A stretch of 64,000 bases of DNA, taken from NCBI GenBank assembly GCA_963718665.1, contig OY970359.1, positions 1,472,001 through 1,536,000 of the forward strand, written 5' to 3'. Of this stretch, positions 62,501 through 64,000 are shown piece by piece. Within the stretch, counting starts at the first letter, position 1, and each line of letters opens with the position of its first letter. The notes under the pieces are model-generated. The model saw only the letters and a list, made by a program, of their open reading frames with translations. It made no database searches and was not told where the DNA came from. The position numbers and the translations under genes were made by a program. The stretch comes from an uncultured Phycisphaerales bacterium. Lineage in GTDB: Bacteria > Planctomycetota > Phycisphaerae > Sedimentisphaerales > Anaerobacaceae.

Positions 62501-62808
62501 ATCCGAATGCGGCTGCCGCTGGACCTTTAACTGAAGCGCCTGGCGCAATCCATATCGGCACACGCGGCACCAACTGGGCCATGTGGTCGGGTAAGCTTCA
62601 GGACTTCCAGATTTATGACTATGCCCTGTCAACTCAGGAAATAGAGTATCTTGCAACTGACGGCACCGGTCAACTATTGCTACCGATTACCACCCAAGCC
62701 AATCTCTACCTGGATGGCGGTACAGCAGGAGACGCAAATCAGATTGTCAACTTTGAAGATTTTTCTGTAATGGGAAGTCAGTGGCACCAGACACAACTGT
62801 GGCCGTAG
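59563..62808 (+). CDS. large secreted multidomain protein (Ig/FnIII-like repeats, CBM-like, LamG-like, dockerin-like EF-hands)
   Basis: AGGAGG RBS, signal peptide, YYWRVD/YWWKV..WxF repeats, IDDFEDY, DFDGDCYVDINDL, WSGKLQDFQIYDYALS. Confidence 0.85.
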   Translation: MSTTRLICLITIFVSLLTISNFSSVFAGNCGDGGFDWCETVVWHDGVDQNWCDTGGWVPNNGEPGGAIPPDGNTPVVIEPYPGPIINIGCDATCCALWVCDWSWSGAPDTAVELRGGSLNAGEYICLASNGTDFTYGDSNSVGSAGLTVLGGTVTTPTSVTGNGLYIGGGSTTYQLMNKGVVTMYGGLISVPRVALYHGNIALYGGTLQCIGDNNFIFYQDYPENKIDISGGTLQLHGDYTITTPSLANFIANGWIYSSRGTIGTAAFDGTWTTLTSSNVNMLIPWGPTPANHATNVHYRVNDVNVGITLHWHSGSEPNVINHDVYFGTSTADVNIATPASAQFVGETNEANAADTNTNGDSNNLTVSNYNFKIATIYYWRVDDNAITSNIYDGSGNVIGYNTTLTKGPIWHFTTHDGKAYNPNPYNGRVGLTEPLQLSWTPGDFAASHLVFVGTDSATVYSASSTTAKVYRSTQTGTSYSLTGLATNWYGPLVPGTTYWWKVTEVNGTTQWGSTGLSGVTAPVLWTFTPAAYITIDDFEDYNTTADVNANWMMGYAATCPGSPLITPSGTLTYVLDAAGKHGNFTYSENTSTQQFSEVKRYYGSSGTVFSDSSILSEQPTELRVDYLGAAANAADPVYDVMYVALEDSAGNIGVFNNPDTSASQVTSWTQWYIPLKDIYLASQPNAVNLAAVSAFYLGFGQRCLLPGSQDSGGDGNVMFDNIQLLRGCDWPGGALSEDFDGDCYVDINDLSIFAESWLQKAELRTFTTILAPSAPILWYKFNDSGDTTDVIDYGTGDANNYAGTVANWTSLCWDATDGRAGHPGCLYIPPIPTTGGGPANSQSYVNAPPSAMGFLGDGNHRTNGGGVTVSLWENASLVGDFLVQYPGIWGVWNTANTTETVECPCPSQITRTSATGQAGFYLRTCSIRNAFVAASVYEPILNFGGRWNNWIYVKTPSSMKLYLNGEKVAETDANGQPGDPNAAAAGPLTEAPGAIHIGTRGTNWAMWSGKLQDFQIYDYALSTQEIEYLATDGTGQLLLPITTQANLYLDGGTAGDANQIVNFEDFSVMGSQWHQTQLWP

Positions 62809-62894
62809 CAAACGCAGCTTGATAATTAGTTACAGTTTTCTTCGGGATTTGCAATGACGAGTGGGGGGGCAGCCATGCGTTTTTTTGCTCAAAT

Positions 62895-62925
62895 AAAAAA
62901 GCCGGAGTTATTCACTCCGGCTATT
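62895..62925. terminator. terminator hairpin between convergent genes
   Basis: agccggagt/actccggct with A-tract. Confidence 0.65.
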
Positions 62926-63185
62926 GTAAGACAGTGGTTAAAATATTACACAGTTATTTAGATTTCCGCTGCCCTACAGAAACCAAAACCTTAATTGGAA
63001 GAAAAGAACTATTAACTTTTCACTATTCATTATACACCTTTAGGCCGGTTTATTGCAATAGATTCTGGCTAATTTTGTTAAATTTTTATATACCCTAAGT
63101 GCTTGCTGGCAAGGACGTTACGGCTGTTGATTTTACGCCGCGAAAAAAATCGATTTTACCGTAGATTTGCGATTCCGGTTCCGTG

Positions 63186-64000
63186 CTATATACGAGCTTC
63201 AGCAGTTTTAGTGTAATTGCCGAAAGCCAGGTTGAAATCCACTGTTCCCCATTGCGATTCGATTTGGGTCTGCTTTATCTCAACGGTAAAAGCGCACTTC
63301 GCGAAGTCGAAATCGGCATTAATGACTGAACCGTCCGTGGCGAGGTATTTGCCTTTCCATCGGTTAGCTTTTACCTGCGTGAACCGGTTGCCCGGAATCG
63401 TGAACGTTTGTTCGCCCCAGGTTATGGTCAGGCCGGCTGTTACGGAGGAGCCGTCCGCCACGGTCAAGGCGCCTTTAACGGAAAGCTCGCTGCTGGCGGG
63501 TTTGGAGGTAATCTTGAGATGGTATTTTGCAATCGACAGTGTATTGGCGTATCCGCTTAACAGTCGGACAGGGATTTTTTGTTTGCCGTTGACAATGCTC
63601 TCGCCGGCGATACCCATGCCGGAATAAGTTCCTATGTCGATGAGGACATATAATGGGCAGGCAAGACCGGTGAGATTTACATTTGTGGCCTTGAGGTCAA
63701 ACTTGTTTTTGCCCACGTCGAATTTGAGCAGAGTTATGCCGCCCGGCCAGCCAGACGTTATCTTGTATTTGTAAGTATAAGTGTTTTTGGAATTAACGAA
63801 CAAACCCGCGCTTATGGTTTGCTCATAGACGAGATAATCATCGGCCTGGGAATATATCCGCACGGTGATATTACCGGCGGCGGCGATAATATTGGCGGCA
63901 GTGTTAAAGTCGCCGGAGCAGGATATTGAATCGAGTCCCCGAATTTTGCCTGCCTTGACGCTGCATTTTTTAATCGTAAAGTTATGGATTGTGCTGTCGG
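63186..64000 (-). CDS. C-terminal part of a protein ending in the shared module (runs off the window)
   Basis: Frame open to the edge: FTIKKCSVKAGK...NLTGLACP...IPVRLL...TWGEQTFTIP...KCAFTV...FGNY. Confidence 0.85.
   Translation of the reverse strand, partial: DSTIHNFTIKKCSVKAGKIRGLDSISCSGDFNTAANIIAAAGNITVRIYSQADDYLVYEQTISAGLFVNSKNTYTYKYKITSGWPGGITLLKFDVGKNKFDLKATNVNLTGLACPLYVLIDIGTYSGMGIAGESIVNGKQKIPVRLLSGYANTLSIAKYHLKITSKPASSELSVKGALTVADGSSVTAGLTITWGEQTFTIPGNRFTQVKANRWKGKYLATDGSVINADFDFAKCAFTVEIKQTQIESQWGTVDFNLAFGNYTKTAEARI

Overview
Bacterial chromosomal window, most likely Planctomycetota (Phycisphaerae, Sedimentisphaerales-like). This is inferred from prepilin/H-X9-DG proteins, GLUG and LamG proteins with dockerin-like EF-hands, a eukaryote-type Ser/Thr kinase and a UDPGP-family enzyme. 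Core genes include etfBA-acyl-CoA dehydrogenase, an EF-G paralog, pilT plus a degenerate PilB-like ATPase, larE-like, pdxJ, aspS, mprF, galM, queA, an RND efflux operon and tRNA-Thr/tRNA-Leu. Notable accessory structure: (1) four secreted proteins plus an unannotated relic share an unrecognised ~270-300 aa C-terminal double module; two carry GH5 domains, one of which lacks its catalytic nucleophile. (2) Small palindromic insertion elements nest in each other and sit in-frame inside genes. (3) GxxExxY and HNH-AP2 nuclease-like genes are bracketed by ~9-bp-period repeats. (4) An AT-rich TM-NTPase-TPR gene looks horizontally acquired. (5) A candidate sRNA has an anti-SD-like loop. (6) Exported proteins are rich in D/E-x-N. 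Three apparent frameshifts all fall on GCGC and may be sequencing artefacts. All calls come from reading the sequence; no searches were run.
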